A stretch of DNA of 64,000 nucleotides. It comes from an uncultured Alphaproteobacteria bacterium (lineage in GTDB: Bacteria; Pseudomonadota; Alphaproteobacteria; JALCBB01). Position numbers and translations under genes: made by a program. Below are positions 59,662 through 64,000 of the stretch, in pieces; positions within the stretch are counted from its first letter, which is position 1, and each line of letters opens with the position of its first letter. The notes beneath the pieces were generated by a model that saw only the letters and a program-made list of their open reading frames with translations, was not told where the DNA came from and did no database searches. Location of the stretch: assembly GCA_958267355.1 (NCBI GenBank), contig OY279575.1, positions 1,758,295-1,822,294 on the forward strand. The letters run 5' to 3'.

Positions 59662-60981
59662 CTAAGCCGAGTCTTCTTCGTCTGCATCATCTTCAGGCTT
59701 GCGCTTCGTCAAACGCACCTGCGTAATGCTAGTCCCATCAAGAGCCAAAATCGTACAATCAAAATCTAATAAGCGAAAACTTTCCCCCGTTTCAGGCAAG
59801 TGCTTCGCTTCATACAAAATCAATCCCGCCAGAGTAGATGCATCTTCGTCAGGCAAGCGCCAAGCAAAACGCCGATTCAAATCACGCAAACTTGCCTTAC
59901 CCGCAATCCGCCAGCTGTCAGACGACTCTTCAATTACTTCTTCATCGGGGAGTGGATCCACTTCGTCAAAAATATCTCCGACAATTTCTTCCAGCACATC
60001 TTCTAGGCTGACAATACCCAAAGTCTCGCCGTATTCATCTACAACAATCGCCAAATGCTCACGGCGATTGCGAAAGGCTAAAAGCTGAGTATGCAAATCG
60101 GTTGAGTCAGGAACAAACCACGGCGCACGACTCAAACTTTCCGCCGTAGGTGCAGGCTTTTGCTCTGCGCCCGCTTGCGCTTGCTTGACCGTCGCGCTTT
60201 TGGCAAAAAAGCTTAAGACTTCTTTCACCTGCAACACGCCGATGATGTTTTCCGCACCACCTTGATGGACAGGCAAGCGGGCAAAGGTGGAGTCCAGTGC
60301 CACTTGCAAAAGTGCATCGCCCGCCAAATCTGCCGCCACGGTCTTTACCTCCGAGCGGTGAATCATCACTTCTTCAACCGTTAACTCTTGTAAGTCCAAA
60401 ACCGAGTGCAACATAGAGCGGCGATCTTGCTGCTCACCTTCACCGTAGGCTTCTATCGCTCCACGGAGTTCTTGCTCTTCGGCTTGGTCCTGTTCTTCGT
60501 CCGTGCCGTTGTTCTGCCGCCCCAGCAAAGCATGCGCCAGCCAGTGAATCACCGCCACAAACGGACGCGCAATTAAGGTCAAAGCACTCAAAGCAGGTGC
60601 AGCCCGCTTAATAGATCCTTCAGGATTACGCAAAGCATAAAACTTCGGCAAAACTTCGCCAAAGAATGAAATCAATACAGTCATAAGAATTGTCGCCAAA
60701 GCAATTCCCTTGTCACCAAAACGCACCACCAAAAAACCCGCCGCTAGAGAAGTCGCTAGGGTGTTGGTGAGATTATTGCCAAGCAAGATGGCTCCGATTA
60801 CGCGGTCGCGTTTTTCAAGCAAGGGCTCAACGCGGCGGGCGCGTTTGTCTCCTTCCTTGGCTTGGAAGAGTAGGCGGGCACGATTGCTGGCAGTCAGTGC
60901 CGACTCCGAGCCTGAAAGAAAGGCACTGCCGCAGAGCAACAAAAAGATCAGGGCAAGTAGCAGAAAATCACTCATTTTCAA
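59662..60981 (-). CDS. HlyC/CorC (CNNM-CBS) family transporter
   Basis: SGSESALTA, ILLGNNL, EVLPK and VVDEYG...GIVSLED.LEEIVG motifs. Confidence 0.92.
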   Translation of the reverse strand: MKMSDFLLLALIFLLLCGSAFLSGSESALTASNRARLLFQAKEGDKRARRVEPLLEKRDRVIGAILLGNNLTNTLATSLAAGFLVVRFGDKGIALATILMTVLISFFGEVLPKFYALRNPEGSIKRAAPALSALTLIARPFVAVIHWLAHALLGRQNNGTDEEQDQAEEQELRGAIEAYGEGEQQDRRSMLHSVLDLQELTVEEVMIHRSEVKTVAADLAGDALLQVALDSTFARLPVHQGGAENIIGVLQVKEVLSFFAKSATVKQAQAGAEQKPAPTAESLSRAPWFVPDSTDLHTQLLAFRNRREHLAIVVDEYGETLGIVSLEDVLEEIVGDIFDEVDPLPDEEVIEESSDSWRIAGKASLRDLNRRFAWRLPDEDASTLAGLILYEAKHLPETGESFRLLDFDCTILALDGTSITQVRLTKRKPEDDADEEDSA

Positions 60982-60994
60982 TCTGTGTCGTGTC

Positions 60995-61085
60995 TTAGGT
61001 GGGTAAGGGTAGTGCTAGGCAGGTAAGGGTAGTGTTTAGGCAGGTAAGGGTAGTGCTAGGTAGGTAAAGGTGGTGTTTAGGTAGG
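60995..61085. repeat. Tandem repeat, ~21 bp (taggcaggtaagggtagtgy)
   Basis: About four copies visible. Confidence 0.8.
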
Positions 61086-61125
61086 TACAGCTTCGGCTCG
61101 CAAGTTGTCGCGTGGGTAGAAAGGA

Positions 61126-62253
61126 TTAAGCAAGAACTTCACGCACGGCTTGTTGTTCGGCAGTACAGGGGAAAACAGCTTGCCCTATGGCTTGGAGTAA
61201 AACGAAATGTATTTCCCCGCCCGCAGTTTTTTTGTCATAGCGCATTGCCTGTACAATTTTGTCGTGGTGGCTTGCGTCAAGTCCGATATCGCTCAAGGCA
61301 ACAGGAAGACCAAGCCGCTGATTGAGTCGCATTACAGGTTCAGCAATCGCTTGCGCCATTCCAAGGCTTTCAGACAATCGTGCCGCCAAGACCAAACCCA
61401 AGCCCACAGCTTCACCATGCTTCAAGGCTTGGCTATCGTGTCCGAGCGTTGTTTCTAAGGCGTGGGCAAAGGTATGACCCAAGTTTAAAAGCGCACGTTT
61501 GCCCGTTGTATCCCTTGCATCATCCGCCACAATCCGCGCCTTGTGTTGGCAAGACTTCTGCACCGCCACGCCCAAGACTTCAGCAAACGCCGAGTCCTTT
61601 GGATTGCTAAGAATCGCCGCCTTGTCTTCTAGCCAAGCGAAAAAGTCTGCATCAAAGGCAAGTCCATATTTTATGATTTCAGCAAATCCGCATCGCAGTT
61701 CGCGCACAGGCAAGCTGGACAGAACAGACAAATCGCACAGCACCAAACGAGGTGAGTAAAAAGCTCCGATAAGATTTTTTCCGTGGCGCGTATCTATCGC
61801 GGTCTTCCCGCCGACAGATGAATCCACCTGCGCCAATACGCTTGTCGGCACCTGCACCACAGACACACCGCGTAAAAGCAAAGCCCCCGCAAGCCCTGTG
61901 ATATCGCCTACCACTCCACCACCCAAAGCGATGAGTGCATCGCTTCGCTCTATGCCGTTGGCTAAAATTGCATCCGTGAGTGCTTCCAATCGCTGCCACG
62001 ATTTTTCGCTCTCCCCTAGCGGTATCGTGTGCAGAAAAACTTTTGCTCCTGCCGACTCTAAAGACTCCCGTACAGCAGGAGCGTAAAGCGGAGCCAAAGT
62101 CGTATCACTCACAATATGCACAGATCTGGGCAAATCACCCAACGCAGTCGCAATCAACTCCGCCGCTCGCGACAGTAGCCCCGCGCCAATCTGAATTTCA
62201 TAGGGCACAGCCTGCCCATCTGCAACCCGCACAATTTGCACTGCACTCGTCAT
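61126..62253 (-). CDS. aroB: 3-dehydroquinate synthase
   Basis: GGGVVGD, QVDSSVGGKT and LNLGHTFAHALE motifs. Confidence 0.96.
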   Translation of the reverse strand: MTSAVQIVRVADGQAVPYEIQIGAGLLSRAAELIATALGDLPRSVHIVSDTTLAPLYAPAVRESLESAGAKVFLHTIPLGESEKSWQRLEALTDAILANGIERSDALIALGGGVVGDITGLAGALLLRGVSVVQVPTSVLAQVDSSVGGKTAIDTRHGKNLIGAFYSPRLVLCDLSVLSSLPVRELRCGFAEIIKYGLAFDADFFAWLEDKAAILSNPKDSAFAEVLGVAVQKSCQHKARIVADDARDTTGKRALLNLGHTFAHALETTLGHDSQALKHGEAVGLGLVLAARLSESLGMAQAIAEPVMRLNQRLGLPVALSDIGLDASHHDKIVQAMRYDKKTAGGEIHFVLLQAIGQAVFPCTAEQQAVREVLA

Positions 62254-62317
62254 AGCCGATTAACCATAGCGGATACCATACCGCAAATTCCTGCTACCGA
62301 ATTCTCTAAGCAAGCAG

Positions 62318-62911
62318 TCATAAAGATTTTTCATGCTCCGTAAAAAGTTCTTCCAAAGCATCTAAGGTCTGGGTGTTGTTCGTGTGTCCTGCCGCTAAAC
62401 GATAATTAGCCTGCGCATAGATCGCCTTGCGCTCTTCATACAAACGCTCCAACGCCGCCAAGGGAGTCGCATCCCGCGTCAGCAACGGACGAGTCTTCAC
62501 ATTGCCAAGCCGCTCCGCAATCACCTGCGGAGCAATATCTATCCACACAGAAACCCCATAGCGTTGGATCTGAAGCCGATTGTCTGGATCTAAAAAAGCT
62601 CCGCCACCCAAGGCAATCACCGCCGCTGGACGAATCTGCAACAGCTCCGCCACAGCTTCGCGTTCAGCACGGCGGAATTCAGCTTCTCCATCTTCAGCAA
62701 AGATGCGGTGAATCGGCTTGCCATGCAAACTCGCAACCCGCTTGTCACTATCACGGAAATCACGCCCCGTACGCCGCGCCAAACGCCTGCCCAACGAAGA
62801 CTTACCCGCACCCGAAAGTCCAACCAAAACCCAATGCGGAGCCACAGCAGTAGCGTCTTCAGGCGCACAAGGCGCAGATTGCGGAGAGTCAGGCTCAGGC
62901 ATCACAGGCAA
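62318..62911 (-). CDS. aroK: Shikimate kinase
   Basis: GLSGAGKS, GEAEFR..E, LGGGA and RPLL motifs. Confidence 0.94.
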   Translation of the reverse strand: MPVMPEPDSPQSAPCAPEDATAVAPHWVLVGLSGAGKSSLGRRLARRTGRDFRDSDKRVASLHGKPIHRIFAEDGEAEFRRAEREAVAELLQIRPAAVIALGGGAFLDPDNRLQIQRYGVSVWIDIAPQVIAERLGNVKTRPLLTRDATPLAALERLYEERKAIYAQANYRLAAGHTNNTQTLDALEELFTEHEKSL

Positions 62912-63001
62912 TTCTGGTCAAATTGGACAAATTCGCCTATTGTGGCAAGGGGTTAGTATCTGATTCGCTCCCCGCAAGGAGCATAAATTAGGGGCTCAAA
63001 A

Positions 63002-63571
63002 GTGATAGAGATTCCTGAAGAAGGGCACTTTCGCGGACTCCAGCCGCAAGAGCGCAAAAACCATAGCAAGCCGCTCGGCAGTAGCCCTAGCCCCAGCCAC
63101 GGCACAAGCCGTAGCCCTAGCAATAGCCCTAGCCGTGGCACAAGCCCTAGCCTTGGCACGAGCCGTGGCAGTAGCAATAGCCCTAGCCACAGGAATAGCC
63201 CTAGCCGTGGAAATAGCCCTAGCATTAGCCCTAATCGCTCTATGAGCCGATTCGCCAGCCGTAGTGGGAGCAACACCACAAGCCACTCCATACGCCGCTC
63301 TACGAGCCGCTCCGTAAGCCACGCCATAAACCACTCTGTAAGCCACGCCATAAGCCGCTCCGTAAGCCAGAGCGGTAGCCCGCTCGCCACAGACCAAGCC
63401 CGAGGCAAAGCCCGCTCCAGAAGGCAAGGGAAAGTCCTAGCCTGGGCACTAGTACTCGCCGCCGCACTAGCAGTCTGCTCAGTCGTGCTAGTCGTGCTGT
63501 GGAGCCTTGAACTCCCACCACCCACCGCCGATGTGGAAATCGAAATCCCTACCTCACGGTTCGGTCAGTGA
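63002..63571 (+). CDS. Hypothetical membrane protein with Ser-rich repeat N-terminus (start uncertain)
   Basis: C-terminal TM helix followed by PPP...VEIEIP..RF; divergent from aroK. Confidence 0.5.
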   Translation: MIEIPEEGHFRGLQPQERKNHSKPLGSSPSPSHGTSRSPSNSPSRGTSPSLGTSRGSSNSPSHRNSPSRGNSPSISPNRSMSRFASRSGSNTTSHSIRRSTSRSVSHAINHSVSHAISRSVSQSGSPLATDQARGKARSRRQGKVLAWALVLAAALAVCSVVLVVLWSLELPPPTADVEIEIPTSRFGQ

Positions 63572-64000
63572 CCCAAATAACATTGACTCCACAGCGTGAA
63601 ACCACACGCCGAGCCTTTAAACAATTTCTTCCAGCACACGCCCCGCTGGCACGCCGCGCAACGCTTCGCATAGCACTTTGCATAGCACTGTGCGCAAGTC
63701 TGCTCTATGTAGCTCTGCTTTACACGACTCTGCCCCGCACGACTCTACCCCGCACAACTCTAGTAGCAGAACCACGCAACTTGCTTGTCCAAATCGCCCA
63801 CGCCCAAGAAGAGCCCATCGCACCCGAAAGCACCACTCCCGAAAGCGATGCACCCGAAAGCGATCTATCCGAAGGTGATGCACCCGAAACCACCACTCGC
63901 GAAAGTGATGCACCCGAAAGCGTTGACGAAATACCGCTGGAAGAAGAAGCCGTAATCCAACTCTTCCCCGCCGATGACCTGCTAAACGACGAGCCACAAG
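63568..64000 (+). CDS. Exported hypothetical protein, 3'-truncated by window edge (not in the ORF track)
   Basis: GTG overlaps the upstream TGA. Frame is open to the end of the window: basic/hydrophobic leader, AHA-Q site, acidic ESDAP repeats. Confidence 0.55.
   Translation, partial: MTQITLTPQRETTRRAFKQFLPAHAPLARRATLRIALCIALCASLLYVALLYTTLPRTTLPRTTLVAEPRNLLVQIAHAQEEPIAPESTTPESDAPESDLSEGDAPETTTRESDAPESVDEIPLEEEAVIQLFPADDLLNDEPQ

Overview
This is a chromosomal window from an alphaproteobacterium. It carries conserved blocks: tsaB-fur-miaB-phoH-ybeY-corC-lnt-HTH-metK-trmB-rimP-nusA-ylxR-infB-rbfA-truB-rpsO-pnp; fabA-fabB-fabI/irr; trcR/rpsU/COQ9; and cimA-trmJ, aroK-aroB. The first 12.6 kb is accessory. 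It holds three tandem PilS-like type IVb pilins, three large prepilin-signal (PilV-like) proteins and an enlarged PilM-like protein, interrupted by a GNAT toxin-antitoxin pair embedded in a modular hairpin repeat. Four sequence-level phenomena stand out: (1) short-period degenerate tandem arrays in most intergenic gaps and as in-frame insertions in about 20 proteins, many of them core, each array seeded from its own local sequence; (2) a dispersed non-coding element starting TA-CCCTGATT(T/C)CTAAGCCG, found four times, always just 3' of a gene and co-oriented with it; (3) apparent strong CCGG avoidance with abundant CTAG/TAGA; (4) kilobase-scale switching between A/C-rich and G/T-rich tracts inside co-oriented operons. 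No rRNA, tRNA, CRISPR, integrase or transposase was recognised. All calls are by eye, without database searches.
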